The notes: a model not told the origin generated them from the sequence alone. DNA of 64,000 bases from Sinanaerobacter chloroacetimidivorans (GCF_018128545.1 NZ_JAGSND010000001.1:46153-110152), one strand, 5' to 3'; shown: positions 52,312 through 62,858, counted from the stretch's first letter. Program-made: numbers and translations.

Positions 52312-52575
52312 ATGAGCATTAAAGATGAATTACTCTTTGATTTCAGTATGAATATGCCCAGACTTCTGGTTAGCGGAAAGACAGGCATTCTGGATAATGT
52401 AAAAAAGATTCTTTTGATCAGTGATAAAAGTATTATAGTAGATCATGGAAATAAATACAGTGCTATTAACGGGGAAGATCTGGTCGTAAAGCAGCTGGAA
52501 GAAGAAAGAATGCTTGTGACGGGCAGCATACGATCTGTCGAATTCTATGGTGATAAAAAAGGTGATGATCAATGA
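52312..52575 (+). CDS. yqfC: sporulation protein YqfC (YabP/YqfC family)
   Basis: ~88 aa. Its position immediately upstream of yqfD, overlapping it by 4 nt, matches the B. subtilis yqfC-yqfD-phoH arrangement. Confidence 0.75.
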   Translation: MSIKDELLFDFSMNMPRLLVSGKTGILDNVKKILLISDKSIIVDHGNKYSAINGEDLVVKQLEEERMLVTGSIRSVEFYGDKKGDDQ

Positions 52576-53777
52576 AGGACCGAGGAAGCTTCCTGGAACA
52601 TTACATAAAAATACTTGTCGAAGGGTTTGAACAGCAACGTCTGTTGTCGGAGTGCATCAAAGCAGGAATTGTGCTTAGGGACATCCATACCCATAGTGAC
52701 ATTGAGATGTCAATGTCTATTATGTATTATGATTATAACCGTTTTGTGAAGCTGGCCAAAAACCGATATCGAATTACTGTTTTACATGAAAATGGTTATA
52801 TACCTGTACTTCGAAAGATCATCAGTAAAAAAAGCACCATTGTGGGGCTTATTCTTTTTATATTGCTCATGTATTATCAGAGCTCTTTTGTGTCAGAAAT
52901 CAGAATTTCAGGATATGAAACCTTTACGGAGGCTGCTGTCAGAGACAGTTTAAAAGAGGCTGGCCTTTATGAAGGATGCAGCAAGAAAATCGATATCAGT
53001 AAAGTCAAGCTCCATATTTATCAGGATCTTGATAATATCGCATGGATTGGGGTAAAATATATAGGAAATATGGCAGAAGTCACCATCGTGGAAGGTACCA
53101 TAACGCCAAAACCGGTAGACATATCGAAGCCCTGTAATGTAGTTGCAAAAAAAGAGGGTTATGTTGATCGAGTGATAGCCAAAGAAGGAAAAATTGCATT
53201 GGAAAAAGGAGCCTATATAAAGGTTGGGGATGTGGTTATTTCAGGCATCATACCGTTAAAAAGTACGGCTTATGGTACGTCTGCAAGTGCTATAACAGAG
53301 CGATATGTGCATGCAGCCGGTGAGGTTTATGCAAAAATACCGTATCGTTTTACCTTTTATCAGGAAAAATATAACCTGATAAAGACACCTACAGGAAGAA
53401 GTTTTTATGGCATCAGACTGGAAGTCGGCAATGTAAAACTCAATACGGCAAAGATGATAAATAACTATGATTCATCGGTTTATACGGAAACGAAATTATT
53501 TGGTTTTATACGACCCATTCCTATCTACGCAGCAGTTACAAAGACCGAAGAAGTGGAACTCAGCAGAGAGAAACGAAGCACGGAAGAACTGAGCAAAGAC
53601 GCAAATCGGCTGGCTCGCAGCCTCATGAAAGAAAATATTCCAGAAAAAGCACAAATTTTAAATAAAAGTTTGAAGTTTTCTCCGGAAGAAAATATAATAG
53701 GGGTAGCCGTCATGTTGGAAACCCTGGAGGAAATCGGAGAAGAGAAGGAGATTGTGATTGGAAAACCTACTGATTGA
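52572..53777 (+). CDS. yqfD: sporulation protein YqfD (stage IV sporulation)
   Basis: 401 aa, a central TM segment, between yqfC and phoH as in Bacillus. Confidence 0.75.
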   Translation: MKDRGSFLEHYIKILVEGFEQQRLLSECIKAGIVLRDIHTHSDIEMSMSIMYYDYNRFVKLAKNRYRITVLHENGYIPVLRKIISKKSTIVGLILFILLMYYQSSFVSEIRISGYETFTEAAVRDSLKEAGLYEGCSKKIDISKVKLHIYQDLDNIAWIGVKYIGNMAEVTIVEGTITPKPVDISKPCNVVAKKEGYVDRVIAKEGKIALEKGAYIKVGDVVISGIIPLKSTAYGTSASAITERYVHAAGEVYAKIPYRFTFYQEKYNLIKTPTGRSFYGIRLEVGNVKLNTAKMINNYDSSVYTETKLFGFIRPIPIYAAVTKTEEVELSREKRSTEELSKDANRLARSLMKENIPEKAQILNKSLKFSPEENIIGVAVMLETLEEIGEEKEIVIGKPTD

Positions 53778-54741
53778 AGAACTAAAGATCAAAATAGATC
53801 ATGAACAGGATACAAATGAATTATTTGGAAACTTGGATGTAAATCTGAAAATAATACAGGATAATTATGATGTCAGTATTGTACAAAGACAGGATGAAAT
53901 TATTTTAAAGGGGAAAGAGGCAGCGAAAGCCCAGGAAGTCATTGTTGAGCTTCTTGAAATTTTACAAACCGGCGAAAAGCTGGATGCGCAAAAGGTAAAT
54001 TATGTTATCAGCCTCAATAATAAGGGTATATCTTATAAAGAAAGCAACATCAATAAAGATGTCATTTGCTTTACCCATAGAGGAAAACCCATAAAGCCGA
54101 AAACCATCGGACAAACTTCTTATGCACAAAGTATCAAAAAACACGACATTGTTTTTGGCGTCGGACCGGCAGGAACAGGAAAAACCTATATTGCCGTTGC
54201 TATGGCCATCAATGCTTTTAAGAATAAAGATGTTCAAAAAATCATTCTGGCAAGACCTGCGGTTGAAGCCGGAGAGCGCCTTGGTTTTCTGCCCGGTGAT
54301 TTGCAGGAGAAAGTGGATCCTTATTTGAGACCGCTTTATGATGCTTTATATGATATCCTGGGCAGGGATAGTGCCTTACGGCTTAAGGAAAAAGAGATCA
54401 TTGAGGTAGTTCCACTCGCCTATATGAGAGGAAGAACTCTGGACAATTCTTTTATTATTCTGGATGAGGCCCAGAATACCACAAAGGAGCAGATGAAGAT
54501 GTTTCTGACCCGGCTAGGGTTTGGATCGAAAGCGGTAGTAACAGGGGATATCACACAGATTGACCTGCCCAGAGGGAAAAAATCAGGCCTTGTAGATGCT
54601 GTAAAAGTTCTGGATCATGTTGAAGGAATAGAATTTTGCTTTTTAAAAGATTCGGACGTGGTCAGACATGCTCTGGTAAGGCGTATTATAAACGCGTACG
54701 ATCGATATGCCAAAGAAAATCCGGAGGAGGGTGAAGAATGA
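53758..54741 (+). CDS. phoH: PhoH-family ATPase
   Basis: Walker A GPAGTGKTY, DEAQN Walker B, PhoH C-terminal region. 327 aa. Confidence 0.9.
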   Translation: MENLLIEELKIKIDHEQDTNELFGNLDVNLKIIQDNYDVSIVQRQDEIILKGKEAAKAQEVIVELLEILQTGEKLDAQKVNYVISLNNKGISYKESNINKDVICFTHRGKPIKPKTIGQTSYAQSIKKHDIVFGVGPAGTGKTYIAVAMAINAFKNKDVQKIILARPAVEAGERLGFLPGDLQEKVDPYLRPLYDALYDILGRDSALRLKEKEIIEVVPLAYMRGRTLDNSFIILDEAQNTTKEQMKMFLTRLGFGSKAVVTGDITQIDLPRGKKSGLVDAVKVLDHVEGIEFCFLKDSDVVRHALVRRIINAYDRYAKENPEEGEE

Positions 54742-55190
54742 ACATCATTTTCAGCGATGAAAGAATGCCGGGAGAAATCGTTATAGAACACATGAAAGAA
54801 GCTGCAGAGCTTTGTGTAAAGGAAGAAAATCTGGATCCTGACAGAGTGGAAATCAGCGTTACTTTTGTCAGTACGGAAGAAATCCAGGAGCTGAATCGTA
54901 TCTACAGGGACAAAGATCAAGTTACCGACGTATTATCATTTCCCCAATATGATGATTTGAATGAAATCAGGGGAGAGGAAGTCATATGCCTTGGTGATGT
55001 TGTAATCTGCCCGGAACAGGCATTACTTCAAGCTGATGAATTTGGACATTCTGGTGAGAGAGAGCTGGTGTACCTCTTCGTTCATAGTGTGTTCCATCTA
55101 CTGGGATATGATCATATGGAAGAAGACGATAAAACCGAAATGCGTGAACAGGAAGAAAAAATAATGGGTCAGGTAGGACTCATCAGATAA
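54738..55190 (+). CDS. ybeY: rRNA maturation RNase YbeY
   Basis: HSVFHLLGYDH zinc-binding motif. 150 aa. Overlaps the phoH stop. Confidence 0.9.
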   Translation: MNIIFSDERMPGEIVIEHMKEAAELCVKEENLDPDRVEISVTFVSTEEIQELNRIYRDKDQVTDVLSFPQYDDLNEIRGEEVICLGDVVICPEQALLQADEFGHSGERELVYLFVHSVFHLLGYDHMEEDDKTEMREQEEKIMGQVGLIR

Positions 55191-55236
55191 AAGTTTATTT
55201 CATAATTCAACAAAACAAGTAGGGGGAGGTTTCGTT

Positions 55237-55614
55237 ATGAAGTATCGGGAATTATTCAGGACAGCACAGGAAATGGTGAATTCAGCTTACGCGCCCTATT
55301 CTAGATTTAAAGTGGGTGCTGCATTGCTGACTACAACGGGTGAGGTATTTACGGGAGTTAATGTGGAAAATTCATCCTTTGGCGCTACCATCTGTGCAGA
55401 AAGAACCGCTTATGTAAAAGCTATATCGGAGGGTCACAGAGAATTTGAAGCTATAGCAGTTGCATCCTCTGACGGAGCTGCGTTTCCTTGCGGAATCTGC
55501 AGACAGTTTATGTATGAATTCGGAGATGAGCTGAAAATTATCACCGGAGAGGACGAAGATCATCTTCGTGTTGTTGAAATGAAGGAACTATTGCCGGAGG
55601 GCTTTAGGCTATAA
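55237..55614 (+). CDS. cdd: cytidine deaminase
   Basis: CAERTA and PCGICRQ zinc-ligand motifs. 125 aa. Confidence 0.9.
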   Translation: MKYRELFRTAQEMVNSAYAPYSRFKVGAALLTTTGEVFTGVNVENSSFGATICAERTAYVKAISEGHREFEAIAVASSDGAAFPCGICRQFMYEFGDELKIITGEDEDHLRVVEMKELLPEGFRL

Positions 55615-55624
55615 GGAGCAAAGA

Positions 55625-56521
55625 ATGAAATCAGGTTTTATCGGAATTATAGGAAGACCAAACGTAGGAAAATCGACGCTTTTAAACGCTATTCTGGGTG
55701 AAAAGATTGCCATAACAACGGACAAGCCGCAAACTACACGAAATAGCATTCGAGGTATTTACACAAAGGTAAATGGTGAAGATGACGACTGTCAGATGAT
55801 ATTCATCGATACGCCGGGAATTCATAAACCACGGAATAAGCTGGGCGGATATATGACGGAAATGGCCGTCAACACTTTTAAAGAGGTGGAAGTTATCGTC
55901 TTTATCGTAGATGATGAACTTTCTGCCGGTCCCGGAGACAAATATATTATTGAACTCTTGAAAGAAGTCAGTACGCCTAAAATTCTGGTAATCAATAAAA
56001 TTGACAAACTGGAGCCGGACAAGTTTAAAAAAATATATGAGGAATATCAAGAACTGGGGCTATTTGATGAAATCTTCGGCATTTCCGCAATAGAAGGAAA
56101 AAATGTAGAAATACTTCTCAAGAAAATCAATACCATGCTGAAGGAAGGCCCCATGTATTTCCCGGAAGACATGGTTACAGACCATCCTGAACGCTTTATC
56201 GTCAGTGAAATTATTCGTGAGAAAGTCCTGCTGTTTTTGGATGAAGAGATCCCTCATGGCGTGGCCGTCGAACTTGAGAGTTACCGAGAAGAACCCAACA
56301 TAACCAAAATCGGTGCCGTCATTTATTGCGAAAAGAAATCCCATAAAGGAATCATCATCGGAAAAGAGGGAAAGAAATTAAAAGGCATCGGGAAAAGTGC
56401 CAGAATCGAAATTGAAGGCCTGCTGGGCACAAAGGTCTTTCTGGAATTATGGGTGAAGGTAAAGGAAAACTGGAGAGACAGTGATTTTGCACTGAGTAGT
56501 TTTGGGTATCATAACAACTAA
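55625..56521 (+). CDS. era: GTPase Era
   Basis: GRPNVGKSTLLN, DTPG, NKID motifs plus a KH domain. 298 aa. Confidence 0.9.
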   Translation: MKSGFIGIIGRPNVGKSTLLNAILGEKIAITTDKPQTTRNSIRGIYTKVNGEDDDCQMIFIDTPGIHKPRNKLGGYMTEMAVNTFKEVEVIVFIVDDELSAGPGDKYIIELLKEVSTPKILVINKIDKLEPDKFKKIYEEYQELGLFDEIFGISAIEGKNVEILLKKINTMLKEGPMYFPEDMVTDHPERFIVSEIIREKVLLFLDEEIPHGVAVELESYREEPNITKIGAVIYCEKKSHKGIIIGKEGKKLKGIGKSARIEIEGLLGTKVFLELWVKVKENWRDSDFALSSFGYHNN

Positions 56522-56555
56522 TATTTATTAGTTTCTGAAACTTACTTATTCTATT

Positions 56556-56757
56556 TGTCTGATAGCAGATGGTCTATCCCACTACGGTCATGATTTTGAA
56601 GATCTTTATCCTTCGTTTCGCAATTTTTAGAACATCAAACAAACGGTAATATAATCGGTGTTTGACGTTACCTAAAAATTTGCTCATCCCCGGATAAGAC
56701 CAAAGCAAAATCATTCCAACGTATTGTGCTAGCCCATCTGCTATTCAGACAAATTGC
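56556..56757. repeat. 19-nt imperfect inverted repeats (TTTGTCTGATAGCAGATGG / CCATCTGCTATTCAGACAAA) bracketing ~165 bp of non-coding DNA
   Basis: Left arm at 56556-56574, right arm at ≈56737-56757 on the opposite strand with one inserted T. Inside a 740-bp AT-rich stretch between era and recO with no ORF ≥60 aa other than two antisense 6-frame ORFs (56668..56862, 57194..57472) judged spurious. Confidence 0.45.
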
Positions 56758-57268
56758 ATTACACAGTTTACAAACAAATGGCACCCAGCCCGAACCAGCG
56801 GTTAGCAAATTTTTTTTAGTTAGTGAAAATTTGCTTTCAAACCAGGCCACCCCGTTAGTCAAAATAAAATTATGTATATTACGCTATTGAACTGCCAGCT
56901 TTTAGCTTTAGCGAGTTTTTTACCAAGCCGCAATGGCTGAACTTTGGATTTAAGAAAATATCCGAACAGGTTTCGTCAATGACATAGGATGAAGATGATG
57001 TTATTTTTAATGATGGCATTCAAGTTTTGCTATAACCCAAAAACACCGATTAGGGATACCGTTTGTTTTTGGGGTTAAAAATAACGAATCGAGACCATAT
57101 CATTAGAGACCTGTGAGTATTTTCGTGATACAAAGTCAGACCTTTGGCTTGTCAAAACTCAACTACTTCGATCTGGCAGTTGAATGATTCGGTTTAAATA
57201 CTAATAAATGAAATTTGACTAACTAATAAATATTTATTGAGGAAAAGAAATAAAGAAAGAGAATTTTC

Positions 57269-58021
57269 ATGTACACGGATACGGAAGGAATCATATTCAA
57301 ACAGGTAAAAACCGTCAACGGAAGAAGGATGGTTCTTTTGTTTTCCGATAAATTCGGTAAAATCAGTGCGGGTACCAGCATTCATGAAAAAAGCAAAGGT
57401 AAATCTGCATTGGCAATGAGGCCCTTTACATACGGAAAATATGAATTGTTTAAAAACAGAGACAGCTATCATATCAATAGTGCTGAAGTAATCAAGAGCT
57501 ATTACCGTATAGGAGAAGATGTTGAAAAGTATATGTTTTCCTCTTATGTGTTGGAATTTACCGAAAAACTGCTTCAGGAAGAAGAACCGTCACCGGAGCT
57601 GTTTCGTTTAATTTTAGATTTTTTTGAAATTATGGAAAGACGCAGCAAGAAGTATCTAACCTTGATCGTAGCATATCAGCTGAAAGCTTTGCAGCTTTCC
57701 GGCAGTATGCCTGTGATCAGAAATTGCGTGCTTTGCGGCGGTAGAGAGGAATTAATGAATTTCAACGTAAAGGAAGGGGGACTGGTATGCAATAAGTGTT
57801 ATTTAAAAAATAACCTTAATTCGAATGATACATTGATTTATCCGGTAAGTTTTGGTATAGTAGATGTATTAAAATATATTATGGATAATCCATTGAAAAG
57901 CTTTGAAAATTTAGCACTGGATCAAGATTTGCTGAAGCAGTTAAAGCAAATGGTGAGAAGCTATGTTGCCTATCATCTGGATATCAGTGAACTAAAGAGC
58001 GAAAGCTTTTTAATTGAGTAA
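57269..58021 (+). CDS. recO: DNA repair protein RecO
   Basis: N-terminal OB-fold MYTDTEGIIFKQVK..., C-terminal Cys4 zinc finger CVLCGG...CNKC. 250 aa. Follows era as in Bacillus. Confidence 0.85.
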   Translation: MYTDTEGIIFKQVKTVNGRRMVLLFSDKFGKISAGTSIHEKSKGKSALAMRPFTYGKYELFKNRDSYHINSAEVIKSYYRIGEDVEKYMFSSYVLEFTEKLLQEEEPSPELFRLILDFFEIMERRSKKYLTLIVAYQLKALQLSGSMPVIRNCVLCGGREELMNFNVKEGGLVCNKCYLKNNLNSNDTLIYPVSFGIVDVLKYIMDNPLKSFENLALDQDLLKQLKQMVRSYVAYHLDISELKSESFLIE

Positions 58022-58046
58022 ATATTTTAAAATGGAGGTTAAGATT

Positions 58047-58652
58047 ATGGAGATTACATTAGAGAAAATTGAACTGGTAAAAGACAGAACCGGGGTAAGC
58101 TATAAGGAAGCAAAGGATGCGTTGGAAGCAGCAGATGGCAGTGTCGTAGATGCTATCATTGCAATTGAAGAGTCAATAGATGTAAAAAACAGAAGCAAGA
58201 TAGGTGAACAAAGCGCACATATCGTTGACAAGGTAAAAGAGGCAATCAAGAAGGGGAATGTTGCCAAAATTATCGTTAAGAAAAATGATGAGATCATACT
58301 CAATCTTCCTGTAAACGTGGGTATCGTAGGAACGGTACTGGCTCCTTGGGCTGCTGTAGCCGGTGTTATTGCTGCATTTGGAACAAAATGTGTCATTGAA
58401 CTGGTGAAAGAAGATGGGGAAATCATTGATATCAGCGAAATCGCTACGGAAACCTTCGATGAAGTGGTTGAAAAAGGTTCCATTATCGCTGATGAAGTAA
58501 AAGTAAAGAGCGCCGATGTTTTTGCAAATGTAAAAGCAAAGGCTGATGAAGCGATCAATAAAGCGAAAAAAACTGATGAAAACGGCTGCAACTGCGGAAG
58601 TGAGGAAGACTGTGATGACAGTTGCTGCTGTGGAACAAAAGAAGAAAAATAA
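58047..58652 (+). CDS. DUF4342-like protein with N-terminal UBA/EF-Ts-N-like domain and Cys-rich C-terminal tail
   Basis: MEITLEKIELVKDRTGVSYKEAKDALEAADGSVVDAIIAIEE, a hydrophobic mid-segment, and a C-terminal NGCNCGSEEDCDDSCCCG. ATG 58047 with SD GGAGG. Confidence 0.6.
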   Translation: MEITLEKIELVKDRTGVSYKEAKDALEAADGSVVDAIIAIEESIDVKNRSKIGEQSAHIVDKVKEAIKKGNVAKIIVKKNDEIILNLPVNVGIVGTVLAPWAAVAGVIAAFGTKCVIELVKEDGEIIDISEIATETFDEVVEKGSIIADEVKVKSADVFANVKAKADEAINKAKKTDENGCNCGSEEDCDDSCCCGTKEEK

Positions 58653-58689
58653 CAGAAAACAGACACAATCTTAGAAATGGTAGGTATTT

Positions 58690-60093
58690 ATGAGCAAAGA
58701 ATTTTCAATGGACAAAATTACAGCATTGGCCAAATCTAGAGGATTTGTCTTTCCTGGTTCAGAAATTTACGGCGGATTGGCAAATACCTGGGATTACGGC
58801 CCTGTAGGAGTAGAATTAAAGAACAACGTTAAAAAGGCCTGGTGGAAAAAATTTGTCCAAGAGTCTAAATATAATGTAGGCCTTGATGCTGCAATCCTCA
58901 TGAATCCGAAAGCTTGGGTTGCTTCAGGCCATGTAGGAGGTTTTGCGGATCCCCTCATAGACTGTAAAAGCTGTAAGGCCAGGTTTAGGGCTGATAAGCT
59001 GATTGAGGACTACATTAAGGAAAACGATCAAATGGGTGTTTCTGTGGATGGCTGGTCTAATGAAAAATTAGAAGGGTATATCAAGGAAAAGGTGATCAAG
59101 TGCCCGGAATGCGGGAAGAGCGATTATACCTCTATCAGACAGTTTAATCTGATGTTTAAAACCTTTCAGGGTGTAACAGAAGATTCGAAAGCAGAAATAT
59201 TCCTGAGACCGGAAACTGCTCAAGGTATCTTTGTAAATTTTAAGAATGTTCAAAGAACATCAAGAAAAAAGGTTCCATTTGGAATCGCTCAAATTGGTAA
59301 ATCCTTCAGAAATGAAATAACTCCCGGTAATTTTACCTTTAGAACCAGAGAATTTGAACAGATGGAACTAGAGTTTTTCTGCAGACCGGGGACGGATCTG
59401 GAATGGTTCTCCTACTGGAAGGACTATTGCGTAAGCTGGTTGAAAAATCTTGGTATGAAGGAAGACAATATCAAGCTGAGAGATCATGAACAAGAGGAAT
59501 TATCCCATTATAGTAATGCTACAACGGATATCGAGTATCGATTCCCGTTCGGATGGGGAGAACTATGGGGGATTGCTGACAGAACCGACTTTGATTTAAA
59601 GCAGCATATTGAACATTCTGGTCAGGATATGTCTTACCAGGATCCTGAAACAAATGAGAAATATGTTCCTTACTGCATCGAACCATCCCTGGGAGCTGAT
59701 AGAGTAACGCTGGCATTCCTGGTTGATGCATATGATGAAGAAATCTTAACAGATGCAAATGGGAAAGAGGATGTCAGAACCGTTATGAGATTCCATCCTG
59801 CATTAGCACCATTTAAGGCGGCGGTATTACCACTTACCAAAAAGCAGTGTGCGGAAGCGGAAGCACTGCATGAAGAACTTTCTAAGTATTTTATGGTAGA
59901 TTATGATGTTCCGGGTAGTATCGGAAAACGTTATAGAAGAGAAGATGAAATCGGCACCCCGTTCTGCATTACCGTAGACTTTGATACAGAGACTGATAAG
60001 AGTGTAACAATCCGTGATCGAGATACAATGGAACAAATAAGAATACCTATCTCACAAGTAAAGGATTATATAGAGGAAAAATTGGTATTTTAA
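58690..60093 (+). CDS. glyQS: glycine--tRNA ligase (homodimeric α2 type)
   Basis: [23 protein letters not shown], class II aaRS motifs, a C-terminal anticodon-binding domain. 467 aa. Confidence 0.9.
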   Translation: MSKEFSMDKITALAKSRGFVFPGSEIYGGLANTWDYGPVGVELKNNVKKAWWKKFVQESKYNVGLDAAILMNPKAWVASGHVGGFADPLIDCKSCKARFRADKLIEDYIKENDQMGVSVDGWSNEKLEGYIKEKVIKCPECGKSDYTSIRQFNLMFKTFQGVTEDSKAEIFLRPETAQGIFVNFKNVQRTSRKKVPFGIAQIGKSFRNEITPGNFTFRTREFEQMELEFFCRPGTDLEWFSYWKDYCVSWLKNLGMKEDNIKLRDHEQEELSHYSNATTDIEYRFPFGWGELWGIADRTDFDLKQHIEHSGQDMSYQDPETNEKYVPYCIEPSLGADRVTLAFLVDAYDEEILTDANGKEDVRTVMRFHPALAPFKAAVLPLTKKQCAEAEALHEELSKYFMVDYDVPGSIGKRYRREDEIGTPFCITVDFDTETDKSVTIRDRDTMEQIRIPISQVKDYIEEKLVF

Positions 60094-60189
60094 CCATTAA
60101 AAGAGACATGGGGCAAGCACCTTTCAGTAGAAAGAGTCTTGTCCTTTTGTTTTTATATTATTATATTCAATACAAAGGAGAGAGAAAAA

Positions 60190-62832
60190 ATGGGGAAAAA
60201 ATTTGTCTACCTTTTTAAAGAAGGTAAAGGTTCAATGCGCGAACTGCTAGGCGGCAAAGGTGCAAACTTAGCAGAAATGACCAATCTTGGCATGCCTGTA
60301 CCACAGGGCTTCACAATTACAACAGAAGCTTGTACGCAATACTACGCTGACGGTGAAAAGATTAACAATGAAATCAAAGCCGAAATCATGACATATATTG
60401 GTGAATTAGAAAAAATCGCTGGAAAAAAATTTGGTGACCTAGAAAATCCTTTGTTGGTATCGGTACGTTCCGGATCAAGAGCTTCCATGCCGGGCATGAT
60501 GGATACCATCCTGAACCTTGGTTTAAACGATGCGGTTGTTGAAAGCTTTGCTAAAAAAACAAACAATCCCCGTTTTGCCTATGACTCCTATCGCCGTTTT
60601 ATTCAAATGTACTCCGATGTCGTAATGGAAGTCGGAAAAGCATACTTTGAAAAACTCATTGACGAAATGAAAGAACAAAAAGGCGTAACTCTCGACACAG
60701 AATTGGATGCTGATGACCTGAAGGAATTGGCAAGACAATTCAAAGAAGAATATAAGAGCAAAATCGGTGCTGATTTCCCCAGCGATCCTGTAGAACAGCT
60801 CATGGGTGCGATCAAAGCAGTATTCCGTTCATGGGATAACCCTCGTGCGGTATATTACAGAAGAATGAATGACATTCCTTCTTCATGGGGTACCGCTGTT
60901 AACGTTCAGTCCATGGTATTTGGAAACATGGGCGATACTTCAGGCACCGGAGTCGCTTTCTCTAGAAATCCATCCACCGGTGAACCAAAGCTTTACGGTG
61001 AATTCTTGATGAATGCACAGGGTGAAGACGTAGTTGCCGGTATCAGAACACCGCAAACCATCGATCAGCTGAAGGAACAAAACCCAGCTGTTTATGATGA
61101 ATTTTATAAAATTGTTTACACTCTGGAAAAACATTATAAAGACATGCAGGATATGGAGTTTACCATCGAAGAAGGGAAACTGTACATGCTGCAAACAAGA
61201 AACGGAAAGAGAACAGCTGCTGCTGCATTAAAGATTGCATGTGATCTTGTAAATGAAGGCATGATTACGGAAAAAGAAGCAGTTTTAATGATCGATCCAA
61301 AACAGCTTGATGCTTTACTGCATCCGCAATTTGATACTGCTGCACTGAAAGCTGCAACTCCGATTGGCGCTGCCCTTCCTGCTTCCCCAGGTGCAGCCTG
61401 CGGACAGGTGGTATTTACTGCCGAGGCTGCAACGGAATGGACGGTTCAAAAAGGAGCTAAGGTTATCCTTGTTCGTCTGGAGACTTCACCAGAGGATATT
61501 GAAGGTATGCATTACGCACAGGGTATTCTTACCGTTCGCGGCGGTATGACTTCCCATGCTGCGGTAGTTGCCAGAGGAATGGGTACCTGCTGCGTATCCG
61601 GCTGCGGCGAAATCGTAATTGATGAAGATGCAAAAGTATTTTCACTTGGCGGAAAAGAGTTCCATGAAGGTGACTACATATCTCTTGACGGTTCTACCGG
61701 TAAGATTTATGGCGAAGCCATTCCAACAGTACCAGCTTCTATTTCCGGTGATTTCAATACGATTATGACTTGGGCCGACAAATACAGAACGTTAAAGGTT
61801 AGAACTAATGCAGATACACCAAAGGATTCCGCACAGGCTATTAAATTTGGAGCGGAAGGAATCGGTCTTTGCAGAACGGAGCATATGTTCTTCGATTCTG
61901 AAAGAATCGCAGCCATGAGAGAAATGATCGTATCCAAGACAGAAGAGCAGAGAAGGGTTGCTTTGGCGAAACTTCTTCCAATGCAGAGGGGAGATTTTGA
62001 AGGTATCTATGAGGCGATGCAGGGTTACCCGGTAACCATCCGTTTCTTAGATCCACCACTGCATGAATTCCTGCCTACTGATGAGGACGATATTGCAGCT
62101 TTGGCAAAAGAAATGAAGATGGACGTTGCTGATCTAAAAGCTGTTATTTCTTCACTGCACGAATTCAATCCAATGATGGGTCACCGTGGATGCCGTCTTG
62201 CCGTGTCCTATCCTGAAATTGCCGAGATGCAGACTACTGCTGTAATCGAGGCTGCAATCAACGTACAGAAAAAACATCCTGAATGGAAGATGGTTCCCGA
62301 AATCATGATTCCTTTGATTGGAGAAATCAAAGAACTTCAGTATGTTAAGAATATCGTTGTTGAAACTGCCGATGCCATCATTGCAAAATCTGGTATTGAT
62401 CTAAAATATATGGTAGGTACCATGATTGAAATTCCTCGTGCCGCACTGACTGCCGATGAAATTGCAAAAGAAGCGGAATTCTTCTCTTTTGGTACCAATG
62501 ATTTAACACAGATGACCTTTGGATTCAGCAGAGATGATGCAGGTTCTTTCTTGGGGGCTTATTACGATAAGAAAATCTATGAGAACGATCCATTTGCGAA
62601 ACTTGATCAAAATGGCGTAGGAAAGCTTGTAAAAATGGCTGTAGAACTTGGTAAGGTCACTCGTCCGGATATCAAGCTTGGTATCTGCGGAGAGCACGGA
62701 GGAGATCCTTCTTCAGTGGAATTCTGCCATAACGTAGGTCTGAATTATGTTTCCTGTTCTCCATTCAGAGTACCGATTGCCAGATTGGCTGCTGCGCAGG
62801 CGGCGATTAACAGCAAAGACCAATCGAGGTAA
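60190..62832 (+). CDS. ppdK: pyruvate, phosphate dikinase
   Basis: MGKKFVYLFKEG...GGKGANLAEM..., the PEP-utilising phospho-His region GGMTSHAAVVARG, the TIM-barrel C-terminus. ATG 60190 with SD AAGGAGAG. Confidence 0.9.
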   Translation: MGKKFVYLFKEGKGSMRELLGGKGANLAEMTNLGMPVPQGFTITTEACTQYYADGEKINNEIKAEIMTYIGELEKIAGKKFGDLENPLLVSVRSGSRASMPGMMDTILNLGLNDAVVESFAKKTNNPRFAYDSYRRFIQMYSDVVMEVGKAYFEKLIDEMKEQKGVTLDTELDADDLKELARQFKEEYKSKIGADFPSDPVEQLMGAIKAVFRSWDNPRAVYYRRMNDIPSSWGTAVNVQSMVFGNMGDTSGTGVAFSRNPSTGEPKLYGEFLMNAQGEDVVAGIRTPQTIDQLKEQNPAVYDEFYKIVYTLEKHYKDMQDMEFTIEEGKLYMLQTRNGKRTAAAALKIACDLVNEGMITEKEAVLMIDPKQLDALLHPQFDTAALKAATPIGAALPASPGAACGQVVFTAEAATEWTVQKGAKVILVRLETSPEDIEGMHYAQGILTVRGGMTSHAAVVARGMGTCCVSGCGEIVIDEDAKVFSLGGKEFHEGDYISLDGSTGKIYGEAIPTVPASISGDFNTIMTWADKYRTLKVRTNADTPKDSAQAIKFGAEGIGLCRTEHMFFDSERIAAMREMIVSKTEEQRRVALAKLLPMQRGDFEGIYEAMQGYPVTIRFLDPPLHEFLPTDEDDIAALAKEMKMDVADLKAVISSLHEFNPMMGHRGCRLAVSYPEIAEMQTTAVIEAAINVQKKHPEWKMVPEIMIPLIGEIKELQYVKNIVVETADAIIAKSGIDLKYMVGTMIEIPRAALTADEIAKEAEFFSFGTNDLTQMTFGFSRDDAGSFLGAYYDKKIYENDPFAKLDQNGVGKLVKMAVELGKVTRPDIKLGICGEHGGDPSSVEFCHNVGLNYVSCSPFRVPIARLAAAQAAINSKDQSR

Positions 62833-62858
62833 GATAAAATATTTTCGGTGAAGCTTCA

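Noticed and set aside
56522-57268. tRNA, tmRNA, RNase P or SRP RNA in the era–recO spacer
   Set aside because: I found no GTTCRANYC T-loop or acceptor-stem pairing, and no tmRNA tag ORF ending ...ALAA-stop. GC content is too low, and the conserved cores of RNase P and 4.5S RNA are absent.
58653-58689. T-box leader upstream of glyQS
   Set aside because: The intergenic gap is only 37 bp, too short for a T-box riboswitch. glyQS here is probably co-transcribed with the upstream gene.
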